Part shown: one piece after another, positions 24,486 to 38,284 of the stretch | Layout of the letters: every line of letters starts with the position of its first letter | How positions within the stretch are numbered: the first letter of the stretch is position 1 | Translations under genes and position numbers: made by a program | NCBI GenBank assembly: GCA_951406725.2 | Contig: OX597815.1 | Location: 182,528,001-182,592,000 of the forward strand | DNA length: 64,000 nucleotides | Direction: 5' to 3' | DNA from: Octopus vulgaris | Taxonomy: Eukaryota | The notes under the pieces: model-generated | What the model saw: only the letters and a program-made list of their open reading frames with translations | Told to the model about the DNA's origin: nothing | Database searches by the model: none

Positions 24486-26064
24486 ACTGGCATTTCGACT
24501 TAGATTACTAATGATAAAAGATTAAATGATTTAATACATAATTTGCGGCTCTGTTGTTCATGACAATTTGCATTCCTCTTTATGGTATAGCACGGGAATA
24601 AATGATATTAAAAATTATTTCATAACTATTTGCAATTATAAACTTCGAACTATCACGCTTTAAAAATCCTTGGTATGTATCAAAGCAGTAAAGATATTAT
24701 TTAAGGATATCGAAATTATAAGATAAATAACAGCAGCCCCCTTTGAAAAACTTAATATTGAAATACATTTTGCGTTCAATTCGGAAAACCTATAAAAGAT
24801 GTAACATCAGTGCAGTGAAAACAATTATAAAGGAAATTAATTTTCACTAGCCTGTAATCGAAGGTTGTAAAATACTGTTAAAGAGGTGTTTTTCTATCAG
24901 AGCAACTTGTGAGAAGGTTAATAATAAAAGGCTAATTTTTTTGTTATCTTTATCTGATCGTGTGCCAAATATTTCCAATCTTTACAAATATAGTCTTTTC
25001 TAGGCAAAGAATGAAGCTATACCTTCACAGCATACAGGTTTTCATTCCAAATCAATATAGATTATTCTGGAGAAGGAGAGCTATCTTCGGTCATGAATTA
25101 GGTTCCGTTCAAAGAACATATTGTGTGGAAAAGATCTCAGTATAAAAATGCGAATAATTGATTATATAAAGTGACTTCGAACATTAACACTCTAAGTATG
25201 GTTTTTACTTGTAATTTATGAATTGAGATCAACGGACTTGCATTTTTATAAATTAGTCACGTATAATTTGGATATGCAAAATCTTCTGAGTGTAATAAGA
25301 CAAGAAATAAATAGTTTAAAATATTTAGAAAATAATAATAAATATATATTGATAGAAAAATTTTCATTGGTTTTAGAAAACCGTATGGCGAAAAAGCTGG
25401 GCGCCTTTGTTTCTATGGTGATAAATATACGTTTAAGAATAGCGAATTTATCGGGTTTAAGACAATGTAAAAAGGGTTAATATATGGAAATACTAGTATA
25501 ATTATCAGTGTTAACAGAACTTAAACAATGGACTTGCTTGCTATTCTATAGGTGTTGATTAAATTTACTTATTTTTATGTGGGTTGTCATTAAAAGATGC
25601 ATTCTATAGTAACTTCAAATAAATGATAAACGAAAATGTAGACAGACTTATTGACATTCGATAAAAGAAAATACAATACAAGAAAAATATACTCTTTCTG
25701 CAACTCATAAATGTTTTATTTTGAAAAGTTGTGGTGCATTATAATGAGCCAAGTAATTTCCTTATATTAGCTCAACTATGAATATTATTTCGATTTTAAT
25801 TTAAATTATGTAAATACATTATATGAATTTATTTTGTAATAAGAAACAACCTGCCATTTAATAAACAGCGTCTTATCGATGGATCTTGATCGAATCGTCT
25901 CACTTGCTTCACTAATAATGGGAGATCAATAAAACGTAATTTCGCCACAAATATTAGCAGTACGTGGTTTAATTTTCCAATATATTTTCAAATATTTTAA
26001 CAGATTTGCATTTTCTACCGAGTCACAGGTAGGTCTGCCTCGGTGTGGACATAAATGGGAGGTT

Positions 26065-26240
26065 AGGGTTTTGAGTGTACTGTTTAAGAAATTTGACTCA
26101 CAACAACATGGTTGCGGGTTCAGTCCCACTGTATAGCATCCTGGGCAAGTGTCTTCTACTATAGCCTAGCGCCGACCAAAGCCTTGTCAGTGGATTTAGT
26201 AGACGGAAACTGAAAGAAGCACGTTGGATATATATATATG

Positions 26241-26296
<56 letters not shown>

Positions 26297-26520
26297 TATG
26301 TGTGTGTGTGTGTGTCTGTGTGTGTGTGTGTGTGTGAGTGTGTGTGTGAGTGCGTTTTTGTGTCTGTCGTTGCGACTCTGTAACAAAGCGGTTCGGCAAA
26401 AAGAGACCGATAGAATAAGTATCAGGCTTAGAAATTATGTACTGCAGTCGATTCATTCGACTAAAGGCGGTGCCTTAGCATGGCCGCAGTATAATAACTA
26501 AAAAACGAGTAAAAGCAAAA
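26065..26520 (+). mobile_element. SINE family B with internal (TA)/(TG) array
   Basis: GGGTTCAGTCCCACTG...GGGCAAGTGTCTTCTACTATAGCC and matching tail. Confidence 0.9.
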
Positions 26521-26849
26521 GTTTACTATTTCAGAAATCTAGATTTTAACATGAAAAAATTATATTCGCTGCTATCAGTCAAAAAAATATCAGTAATATA
26601 CAGCAGAAAATATATTTAATCAGAAAAATTAAAATTGTACATTTATCCGAAAGTATAACTAAAACCATTACTTAAAACACATTAATGTTCGCAAGCACTA
26701 ATGGAATATTCGAGGTGTATATGATACATAATGATTTTAAAAAGATCCAGAAAGCATACGCGTTCTCAACTCATAAAAGTTCACTTAAGTTTTAGTTAGG
26801 GCAATTTATTTCTTCCCTTCTCTTAAATAAGTCACATACTTATTCGTGC

Positions 26850-26909
<60 letters not shown>

Positions 26910-27410
26910 ATATAATATATATAATATAATATATACGTGTGTGTGTTTAATTTTTCTGCGAAAAGAAAACACAGTGACATCGAAATTCCTGCCTACCCAC
27001 CTTCCACAGCCCAACGTAGTTTAACCGACCGGACAGCGTTATTCTAACAAAATTTTAATAAGCATCTACTCTAAAAATATATATTAATTCTGCATTTTAA
27101 TGTAAAACTGTTTTTATTAAAACGATATAAAACAAACTTTGATATACATATACATAGATATACACACACGTCCCTTGAAATGCTAATTTAAATAGCGAAA
27201 ACCGGTTGGATATCACTATATCCATAAAACATGTATATATTAAAAGAAAAGTTTTCTTTATAAAAAGATATTAAACTATGTGAAACAGAGGCATTTCTCT
27301 TCCACTTTTTATATATATTTTCCACATATTTTCAACTCATAATTTTGCCACGTTGTGTATACTAAATCTCCAGTAATTCTGCTCCTTACATATATATATA
27401 TATATATATA

Positions 27411-27631
27411 TAAAGTTAATCCAAACATGAAAGCACACAAAAAACACAACAACGCGAGGATGTGGAATAAATATAGTATTATTGGACGCTCAGGAAGAAG
27501 GAAAGACTGAGGGGGGGGGGTTAGCGTTTCGAGCGGAGCTCTTCGTCGGAAACATAGGAGAAGGAAAGATGCAGAGAAGGGAAGACAGAGGGAAAAAAAT
27601 CGCCAACGGTACACACGCGGTCACATTTTGA

Positions 27632-27632
<1 letters not shown>
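27411..27632 (-). mobile_element. Short microsatellite-embedded repeat (putative PLE tail) with hammerhead-like motif
   Basis: Reverse complement of 57922-58140. Confidence 0.85.
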
Positions 27633-27723
<91 letters not shown>

Positions 27724-27735
27724 ATACATACATGT

Positions 27736-28014
27736 GGAGGCGCAATGGCCCAGTGGTTAGGGCAGCGGACTCGCGGTCGTAGGATCGCGGTTTCGGTTCC
27801 CGGGCGTTGTGAGTGTTTTATTGAGCGAAAACACCTAAAGGTTCCACGAGGCTCCGGTAGGGGGTGGTGATCCCTGCTGTACTCTTTCTCCCGCTCTTTC
27901 TTCTGTTGACCTGCTCGCTTAGCCAACGGGGTGGCGTCATTCGAAGGCTAAATCAATGCGAACGCATTGTGACCAGCGATGTGTAACTACATCTGATGGA
28001 CTGGTCGGTCACGT
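27736..28014 (+). mobile_element. tRNA-derived SINE, OR1/OR2-like head with tail type 2
   Basis: GGAGGCGCAATGGCCCAGTGGTTAGGGCAGCGGACTCGCG; tail matches 54352-54645. Confidence 0.92.
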
Positions 28015-28020
28015 CATTCA

Positions 28021-28342
28021 TTGCTTTGTTTTTTCTTAATTGTTATCCTTAAATTAATTTAACAATTAAGAAAAAAAACGAAAGGCTAAAATTTAGGGTT
28101 AGGGTTAGTGACAGGATGTTTTCTCAGTTTTAGACGCAGCAAATGATTTTAGCTCAATAGAAGCCATTGATTGGTTAAAATTCGAAAAATTATACTACGT
28201 TAAACTTACAAATTACAATTTTCTCAAGAAAACCAAGAGAAAAAAAGTTTTATTTTGACACATTCTACCAGTATACGAAGTTTAAAAGTGTTTAGTTAAC
28301 TAGAAATTGTGTTGAAAACTGCCGTTCAAAAGGAAAATATCC
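28021..28342. mobile_element. Left-truncated copy of the TTAGGG-bearing MITE
   Basis: Homologous to about 1965-2307; ends GCCGTTCAAAAGGAAAATATCC. Confidence 0.88.
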
Positions 28343-28900
28343 CTTTTGTCTGTTTTATTTGTTCTATTTTGAAGTTTAGTATTGTCTTTTTTGGTTTTAA
28401 CTTTTGTGCAAAATTTGATTTGTTTTTGGTGGTAGCGTTGGTGGTATTTGTAGTAGCTGAGGTTGTAGTAGTGGTGTTGTTGTTGGCAATTATGGTGGAC
28501 GGCAAAACGACGATATCGTTCTTGTGGTGTTGTTGGTGGTGTTCGTGGCAGAGTTGTCCGTAGTAGTAGTAGTAGTAGTAGTAGTGGTTGACTGTGAAGC
28601 TGTCGTCTGGGTGCTTCCAATTTTTTCGTGTGTCGGCGGCGGCGGCGGTGTTGGCGTCCACGCTCACACCTGCACCTGTGTTGCTTCTCCCCCTCCTTCC
28701 CTCCTTCATGAAACTGTGGGGAAGGCAGGGTAGGGAAATCAACGTCGTAAGCGTTGTCAAGGAGACCGGCGTTCCTTTCAACAACGACTTCATGGCTTGA
28801 AGTCGCCATGCTCAAAAAGAGAAATGGCTAAGAAAGCCGAAAACAAATTTACAAAATCGGGAAACACGCCACACAGGGCATGTTTCCCGTGCAAAGAATT
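28343..28900. repeat. GC-richer low-complexity interspersed repeat, unclassified (possibly Helitron-derived)
   Basis: (GGT)/(GTA)/(GGC) runs followed by a unique segment; classification is inference only. Confidence 0.4.
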
Positions 28901-29228
28901 TGCACAACCGAATGTATTAGTTGTTGCAAAACTTTTACATACGAAATATTATCCAAACACAAAATTTTGAAGGCAATAAAAGCAATTATTATTTCGTCCT
29001 CGTAATAAAAGGCAAACTTACTACGAGCCGATGTGACTATCGTCCGTCCATAAGATAGATAGACAGACAGACAGATAGATATATAGATAGATATTGATAT
29101 AGATATGGGGTAGTGTAGTGAATAGATAGGCACGTACCGTTCAATTACTCTAACATATAATGTAAATAAAGGCCAACTACATCGAATGGTAAGGAATAAG
29201 TTAGGCGTGTTCAAGGTCAACAATCCCG

Positions 29229-29684
29229 GGATATTTTCGGTTTGAACGGCAGTTTTTTCTAGCGGTGTCATATGAAATTGTCACCCATAATTATGATCCT
29301 AGAATCGATCTATTGCATTTCAATCTGTTTTAGGGTTAGGGTTAGTTAGGGTTAGTTATTGTTAGGGTTAGGGTTAGGGTTAGGGGTGGGGGAAGGGTAT
29401 CTTTTTTTTCTTCAGAAATGTAAATAAACCCAATCTGTTTCTTAAACGAGAGACATATTCATACGGCACAGAATGTTTCTTACCTCAATAGACGTCATTG
29501 ATTGGTTGAAATTGCAGAAATTGAAGAAAAAAGAACAAATATCTTACAAACTGTTGAATTTTCTCAATAAAGCCAAGAGAAAAAGATGCTTTATAAAAAC
29601 ATTCTACCGGTATACAAAGTTTAAAAGTGTTAAGCTACGTGGAAATCATTTTTAAAAACTGCCGTTCAAACCGAGAAAAGATCC
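29229..29684. mobile_element. MITE with ~30-bp TIRs, 8-bp TSD and TTAGGG array
   Basis: TSD CAATCCCG at 29221-29228 and 29685-29692; TIR GGATATTTTCGGTTTGAACGGCAGTTTTT; TTAGGG repeats 29330-29385. Confidence 0.92.
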
Positions 29685-29790
29685 CAATCCCGATATGTTT
29701 CATCCGATGGGTAAAGTAAATGTTCGGTTTGTTGGATTATAAACAGTTTATTGAGTTTATATCGAAGATAAGATAAATAGTTAGATTTTA

Positions 29791-30149
29791 TTATTACAAT
29801 CATTCATACAGTGTATTTAAATTAAATTTCTGTCCAACGTATGTTTCTCCTGCGTGAAGAACTCGCAATGTGCTTTTCAGTTACATCCTGTTTGTTCATC
29901 ATCAACCAGATTTCAGGCGAAGAACGCATCTATGAAGCCTTGTTCAATGAGTTGCCACTATTAAAGTTTGACAATTTAATGTTCAATGTTAAATAAAGCT
30001 GCATGGGTGCGTTTTTAAACTGACGAAAGTCTGGATGCAGACGAACAAATAAGGTACAAATGAAAACCACATTGCGAGATATCCACGCAGGAGAAACACG
30101 TGTCGGACAGACGTTTAAATTAAATATACTGAATAAATGACTGTGAAAA
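29791..30149. repeat. Old ~360-bp fold-back element
   Basis: TGTTTCTCCTGCGTG/CACGCAGGAGAAACA, CTCGCAATGTG/CACATTGCGAG and further pairings around a centre near 29965. Confidence 0.8.
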
Positions 30150-31368
30150 CACAAACAGTGCTAATGCATAAATTTCCTTATTTGTTATCACTTACACACA
30201 CACATACATACATTATATATATATCCGTAACTCGCAACGCCTTTCGGGTTTGTTTATAAAAATATTATTTATCTAGTATTCAGACAGTTTAAGTATATAT
30301 TAACTAAATTTTACTGAAATTGATGGGTGAGCGTTTGGTCAATCAGATTCGCAAGGAGCCATGACAGCTACGATTTGTGGGTTCGATTCAGTCTGAGGTT
30401 TGCTCGTCCTTTTTCGGTCATTTGTTTATATTTAAAAGTTGTCGCTTTAAAATCGGAGATTAGATATCATTATTATATATATTATATACAGTTATTATAC
30501 TATATAATAAATATATATATATATATATGTATATATATGTGTGTGTGTGTGTGTATGTGTGTATATCAATCCTTATAACTAACGTTCTGAAAAGGTGCCG
30601 GAAGATATTTTTATGATTGTGGATAAATCGATAAAAGAATTACATTGAATTCCTAAGATTCTTGGCATATTAACTGTTGATACCATTTATCTATATTTGA
30701 ACAAAATCCTTGTTTGACTTATTCAAATATTCCCTAATGCAAGTAGCTGTATATATAGTGTATAATATACACACACACGCACATATCTATCTATCTCTCT
30801 CTCTATATATATATATACATATAGTGTGTGTGCGTGTATGTATGTATGTATACAGAGTGCCAGTCTACTACCGATTGAACAATGTGTCATGTCCGCAAAA
30901 CGTGGTTCTGCATGCTGAAGATAGCAGAATGGATAACGTTCCAAATTCATAATCGGAACTTGGTGACCAATGAATCGACATGAACCTTTTTACTCTCATT
31001 CTTACAGTTTCTCATTTTTAAAGTAATAATTTTTCTTATTCTTAAACACTCTTGTCAACCCCTCCCTTACACAGGAAGGACTTTTCCTTCTATTTTCACT
31101 TCTTTCCTAATCCCACTCTCACGCTGTTTCTCTTTCCTGATACTCCAGGTCCCAAATGCAGGTCAAGTGTCTTGCAATTCCAGTCTTTTGCAGCCAGTAT
31201 CTGAAATATTTAACGATGTAAACTTGGCTGGTTATATTTCATTCATTTCATTCGCATCATCTTTACTCCGAACAAAAATCTGTCTGAAATGCTAGGTACT
31301 TCACATACTATGGTAATTTATCGGTCAACTTTCTGTCACTTTGTACAAATACTACTCGCCTTGTCAAC

Positions 31369-31760
31369 AAGGCGGCGAGCTGGAAGAAACGTTAGCACGC
31401 CGGGCGAAATGCGTAGCCGTATTTCGTCTGCCGTTACGTTCTGAGTTCAAATTCTGCCGAGGTCGACTTTACCTTTCATCCTTTCGGGATCGATAAATTA
31501 AGTACCAGTTGCACACCGGGGTCGATATAATCGACTTAATCCGTTTGTCTGCCCTTGTTTGTCCTCTCTGTGTTTAGCTCCTTGTGGTTAGTAACGAAAT
31601 AGGTATTTCATCTCCCGCTACGTTCAAATTCAGCCGAGGTGGACTTTGCCTTTCATCCTTTCGAAGTCGATAAAATAAGTACCAATTGCGTACTTGGGTC
31701 GATCTAATTGACTGCCCCCTCCCCCAAAATTTGGGGCCTTGTGTCTAGGGTAGAAAAGAA
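31369..31760 (+). mobile_element. Dimeric SINE family A with 16-bp TSD
   Basis: TSD TACTCGCCTTGTCAAC (31353-31368) and TACTCATCTTGTCAAC (31761-31776); second headless unit from about 31601. Confidence 0.92.
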
Positions 31761-32944
31761 TACTCATCTTGTCAACGTCAAACATCACAAGTCTCCTTAG
31801 ATTCCAATCTGCCTTTATACATACTTGTGTATATGACTGTAGGAATGCTAAATCATTTTATTATGACTATCTGCAACTAGATATATTTTTACATTTCGGA
31901 TTGGAAATGTTAATTCTGTTCATAGCATAACGCTGCTTGTAGCACGAAACAAACTGCTAGCGTTCTAATTGGTAGTTCTCTATATCATTTCACCATACAT
32001 TTTCCCCACTCACACTTTCTTATTGATAAATATTAAATATTTACTGCTTACACATTGCATAGTCCTTACTTCTTAAAAGCTACTTTAATTTCTTTTCAAT
32101 TTCTGAATAATTTTAGACACATGAAGCGAGAGCGCTGTGATGTATCACTTCATATTGATTATTTTTGACTTACTTTTCATCTCACACTTTACGATATCGA
32201 TTGAATATCTTATACAGAAGTCATGTAAATTCTGTATAACTATTTTGTTATTTAATGTATTTGGAATTATAGTTCATCTTCAGTGTATTTCCAAACACAC
32301 ACACGCACGTACGAACGCACACACACACATTCTAATCTTAGTCGAAACCATTTTATAAATATTCTTCTCCATACCTGTATGAACACTTAAGAATAAGAAT
32401 AAGAAAATTGAATTCCTAAAATGTTTACAAAAACATATATCATTTTTCCAAATAGATTGAATATTAATTTATTTGCTCGAATATACTAGAATAACCAATA
32501 TTTTCGTTTGTCTTTGTCGGAAATATTTTTGTCTTTCTGAGAAATAAATTGTTCATTGATGCTTTCAACGAAAGGTATTTTAGAGATGATTTTTTTCTAT
32601 CACTGTTGGTTGAATTTGATTTTTTTTCCTATGTGGTAAAGCTAAAACACTACATTTCATTATACCACTAAGTAAGGCTACGTATAAATATTCTTAAAAG
32701 TATGTCAGCGTTGTACGAGTTTGGATGAGATATTCAGGTTTCGCACCAGCAACATTAATATTTCAAATATCTTAAGGCAACCGCAGTTGTTTCGTCATTT
32801 TATTTATCGTGAATAAAAAAAAGGATACCAAAATAAATGCTGTGTATAATTGTATCCCAATCTGCAAATTGTACTAAGGCTGACTTTACTCTTTTTCTTA
32901 CGTTCAAACTAGGAACTAATATTCGTATTGCGCCCTTCTTATTT

Positions 32945-33134
32945 GTTTATTACCCACAAGTGGCTAAACACAGAGAGGACAAACCAGTGCGTAACTGGTA
33001 CTTATTTAATCGGCCCCGAAAGGATGAAAGGCAAAGTCGACCACGGCGGAATTTGAACTCAGAACGTAAAGACGGACGAAATGCCGTTAAGCATTTCGCC
33101 CAGCGTGCTAACGATTCTGCCAGCTCGCCGCCTT
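32945..33134 (-). mobile_element. SINE family A
   Basis: Ends GCTAACGATTCTGCCAGCTCGCCGCC. Confidence 0.9.
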
Positions 33135-33999
33135 TTTAAAGCAAACTAATCTATTCATATTGCGCAAACAAATCTATTCATAATGCGGCCTTCTACTTGC
33201 GATAAAACAAGTCACAAACAAATGTAGAAACTAAGTCTATGCAGTATACACTTTCATAACTTATAACAACGCCCATATATTTTGTTTGATTTTCCATTCT
33301 TACGTATCAAAATTATTAAAATTAAAACCATTTTGTTTACACACAGAAATAGAAATTTCTTCAAATTTACATTAGAATAATTTTGCAAACGATTAGCAAA
33401 AAAATTGATATTTATGTCAAATTCCGTTCTGTAGAGGAATTGTCACATTCTATGGCTTATAATAAATTAATATTCCTTCCAAATTTTCTAACTATTATTT
33501 GCATAGTTGACTTGATTTTTGCCAAAATAATTTTAATCTGTATGAACTCCTACGGAGAATTACCCAGAAATGTTTCTAATGGAATTATACAGAACCAGTG
33601 TATTACTTTAAGTTCTACTTGATACACTAAGTTTTTTCTTCGGATTTTTTTGTTTTGCAAATACCTTTTTTTTTTCTTGTTTTAACGATAGGAAATTTAC
33701 GTTTTTCTTTTTAAAATTTTATTTGTATGACATTTACTGCAAAAGAGATTGCAATGTATTATGATATAGATTTTGAATTTGTAGTCTCTGAAAAGACTGT
33801 TAAAAAGAAAAGCCATCTTAAATAAGGAAACATAGCACACATATTACTGTATAGATATGGAAACAAGCCATTCAGCGAATTGTTCTTTATAGGTTTCTTT
33901 CTCCATAGCAATGAATTCTCTTATTCTTTACATCCAGGCATTTCATCAGTACACCTCCACTAAACACACACGCACACACACACACACATTTATATATAT

Positions 34000-34178
34000 G
34001 TATTCTTTTATTTGTTTAAGCCATTTGACTGCGGCCATGATGGAGCACCGCCTTTTAGTCGAAGAAATCGACAGCAGGACTTATTCTTTGTAAGTCTGGC
34101 ACTTAGTCTATCGGCTTCCATTTGACGAACCGATAACTTACATCGACGTAAACACACGGGGAGACAAACAAGCACAAA

Positions 34179-34180
<2 letters not shown>
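34000..34180 (-). mobile_element. SINE family B, 3' half
   Basis: TTTGACTGCGGCCATGATGGAGCACCGCC. Confidence 0.85.
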
Positions 34181-34238
<58 letters not shown>

Positions 34239-34379
34239 GGCGCAGGAGTGGCTGTGTGAAGGCGCAGGAGTGGCTGTGTGAAGGCGCAGGAGTGGCTGTG
34301 TGAAGGCGCAGGAGTGGCTGTGTGAAGGCGCAGGAGTGGCTGTGTGAAGGCGCAGGAGTGGCTGTGTGGTAAGTAGCTT
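34239..34379 (+). repeat. 22-bp tandem array of the SINE family B 5' end
   Basis: GGCGCAGGAGTGGCTGTGTGAA x5, then a sixth unit that continues GTAAGTAGCTT as in the SINE head. Confidence 0.95.
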
Positions 34380-34571
34380 CAAGAGACAACAGCGTAGGGC
34401 TCAATTTATTGATCGATTAGATTAGAGCATTAATTTGAAAGAGACGAGTTCCAAGGTCAATAATATTCCTCCTCAAAGCCGACACGTATCTAAAAGCAGA
34501 GGGCGTATATAAGCCATTGTAAACATGCAAACACATAACATGCAAAAACATATATATATATATATACATAC

Positions 34572-34983
34572 AGGCGCAGGAGTGGCTGTGTGGTAAGTAG
34601 CTTGTCTACCAACCACATGGTTCCGGGTTCAGTCCCACTGCCTGGCACCTTGGGCAACAGTCTTCTACTATAGCCTCGGGCCGACCAAAGCCTTGTGAGT
34701 GGATTTGATAGACAGAAACTGAAAGAAGCCCGTCGTATATATGTATATATATATATATGCGTGTGTGTGTTTGTGTGTCTGTGTTTGTCCCCTAGCATTG
34801 CTTGACAACCGATGCTGGTGTGTTTATGTCCCCGTTACTTAGCGGTTAGGCAAGAGAGACCGATAGAATAAGTACTGGGCTTAAAAAAGAATAAGTCCCG
34901 GGGTCGAGTTCCTCGATTAAAGATGGTGTTCCAGCATGGCCGCAGTCAAATGACTAAAACAAGTAAAAGAGAGAGTAAAAGAG
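34572..34983 (+). mobile_element. SINE family B, full length (tRNA-like head, CORE-like domain, internal microsatellite)
   Basis: A box TGGCTGTGTGG, B-box-like GGTTCAGTCCC, GCACCTTGGGCAA CORE-like segment. Confidence 0.93.
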
Positions 34984-35369
34984 ATATAATAGTGTAATTC
35001 CGCGCCCAAATCAAAGTCGGATAAGTAATTGCATAAATACATACACATAAATTAAAAATCCAAGCTGATGAGATAACAGTTCACAATAATATACAAGATA
35101 TTGTCTTACAAATATTTTGATATATGGCATAAGTCGTAAGAGGTGGTTGGTGTACAAGATCATTACCAATCTGGAAATTACGATTTTCATGTGATTTCAT
35201 GCGGTTCAATCTGACGAATCCACTAGAGCGGATGCAAGCGCTAATATATGATTTATAAAAACATGGGACGTATTGATAAAAATCTGTAAAATTTAAAACC
35301 ACCCACATTTCTGAGTACCTTATTCCTTCTTCTAATATACAATACCTGTACATCATCTCCAAACCTTTT

Positions 35370-35414
<45 letters not shown>

Positions 35415-37357
35415 TCGTAGCTGTCTACCCCTTATACAGAGTTTGACCACCTTCTGTACCTACACCTTAGCACCATCATGCCATCTGTTGTGACTTTTTA
35501 AACCAATGTTCTGACTGAAAACACACCCACATAGATTGCACATTTTATACGGATCACCAAGAACTGCAGATAAGTTCTTATTTATGTGTATTTTAAATTG
35601 TCTTCTTAGGCCTCCGTTAGATATGCAAACCTACTGGCATACACTGCATTCAAAGGTGAGCAGAGACATAGAGGCGAAAGAGTTGATGGAGATTCGTTTT
35701 CCATGGATCCACAAATGAGAAAATTGAGCACAGCTAAAGAAAGACATGGTCTGTAAGGATTTCATTGTATTAAGATTTCAATGAAATTTTCGATCTAGTT
35801 TTATAGTTATTGGTGTTTAAAGATTATGTCAAATTCTCTCCTGACAAGGAGAGCAGTTTCGAAAATTATACATGAAAGTATTTGCATAAATTAACATACT
35901 ATCACAGGAAGACATGTACACACACTTGCACGCACACCACTAATTGTGTGCTTTTCAGCTTTGTACATGTTCAATGTATTTTAATTAGGATCCCTATCGT
36001 TCTTGAGAAGACTGTAAACAAATACAAATAGCATGAATTAAATTTTGAATTATCAACAGCAATCGTTATTCAAAGTTATGGATTAGCCAAAGCGATGGCA
36101 TTGGTTTAAATTGTTTCTCGTGCGGTTCCCTCGGGAGACATCGGGGATTGATACCTGCAGCTTTATCTGTGAGATTTGTCGATTCTATGTGAGATGAATT
36201 TAATTGACACAATTTGTGCAAAAGCTTCATGCATACCATACCTGCATACGCACACATATTCAAATATGCACACACACACACACATATACACAGTTATACG
36301 TATATGTGTATATGTATGTATATATATGTGTGTGTGTGTGTATAAATGTGTGTATATATATGTGTTATATGTTAAACTGTCGTATGTTCAAATTTGGCTA
36401 AATGTTTTTTTTTTCTTTTCAATATTCATGTTTGCTTGCAAAAGACGGTTCTTTTGGCTGCTTCAGATGCCAAGATATCAAAAATTGTCAAAGTGTAGTA
36501 CAACAGTTTTACTATGGAATAGTGAAACTATTTTTTCGTTTTCTGAAAAAAGCAACATTCTGGACTTACGACACTTCTGCATAATAGTAACGATATATAT
36601 ATTTATAGAGAGACAGAGAAATACATATGTATATAATATACAGAGGTGCTTGACTACATGTTTGTATTTTCTAATAAAACATGGCACTTCGAGTTGCATC
36701 ACTTTGGGCCAGGTTAACAAATAAATTGAAAGAAATTAATGAAATGAGTATCAACATGAAGTAGACAAAGGACATATTATGCACTAAAATCTATGAAGGC
36801 AACCGCCCCCACTTTGGTAGCTGTGCGCTCACTGAAAGCTGTGACAAAAACAATTATTTATGAGCATATAGTGAGGCAATTTAATTCAAATACCGTACAT
36901 TTGAGACAAATCGTGTTGCGTTTGAGAGGGTCTTTACGTCAATAATAATAAATACACGCACTGGTTCAACTGATTCAATATCACTTCTTTGTTCATTGTA
37001 CATTTGCAAATAAGAACGTAGAGTCGGTATATATCAATGAAGTTAGTGCTGAGCAACAAAATACAACTTTCGTATGTAGGGAAATATATAACGACTTAGA
37101 TTGCAAGTGATACAAAGTTGTTTTTATCTTTCATATAAATGTATACACACACACACACATGTATACACACGCGAACATACACATACACACACACACACAT
37201 ATATATATACACGCATATATGTATAGTGTGCGATTGTCATTTCAGGACACTTAATCATCATTATATAATGGTCTTCAAACTAATTATTTTAGTATTTTCT
37301 ACCTTATCTCATTTTCCTCATCCATATCAACTCGTGTGTTACTTTTCTACCTTCTAA

Positions 37358-37437
<80 letters not shown>

Positions 37438-38284
37438 TATACATACATACACATGCATACATACATACATGCATACATACATACATATATACATATATAT
37501 GCATATCTATACTTATATGTATTATCTCGAAGTAACGTTACTAATTTATGTGTATGAGCGTGCGCGTATGTGAATGTCTATGTGTGTGCGTGTGTGTTTG
37601 TGTATCTGTGTGTGTGTGTGTGTATGGCTTTCGCATTGTATCGAACAGTCTATGAAATGTCGTCATACACCGTCGGTCAGAAGGCGTTCCCTCACATTGC
37701 TCTAGCTTTCGAATGACCCCAGTCCTCTCGCCAGGCAGACAGGTCAACATTTCCTCTGAACGAAAGGCCACTCCGATGCACGCTTACCCATTTGCAAGTG
37801 ATATAAATTGTTTTGCTCAGGAACTCAACACACCACCGTTTGGTGAATACAAACCACGACCTTTCGTGCAACACCTAACAAATAGGCCACACACCTTCTC
37901 GCACACACACACACACACACACACATACACACAGAGATATATTTATGTGGGCGCGTGTGTAGTTCTAAATTCTTCCAAGCTTAACATAATTCAATATACA
38001 TATTGCCAATAGCACGTGACAATTAATTTCAATGTCCGTCCTCCATTTAAGTCTCTTATTGTTCACCTTATATATTCTTAAAGTACAAATTCTTTGTGTG
38101 AGATACTGATGGTTTTTCTTTTTTTTTTTCATGCGGACATATATTAATTGAAAAAAAAACAAATATCGTTTTGCCTTCAAGGATACACCACAGTTGTAAA
38201 GCGACCGTCCGTAATCTCTACATCATATTTATGATATTCACATATGCGTATAGACATACATGTGTGTGTGTGTGTTTAATTATT

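Noticed and set aside
28300-28815. 171-aa and 155-aa ORFs in a GC-richer segment
   Set aside because: Low-complexity trinucleotide runs that overlap a MITE end; no recognisable domain.
29330-29385. True telomere or fusion scar
   Set aside because: The TTAGGG arrays are short and lie inside MITEs bounded by TIRs and TSDs.
34239-34379. Possible CRISPR-like array
   Set aside because: The units are contiguous with no spacers and match the SINE head; the context is eukaryotic.
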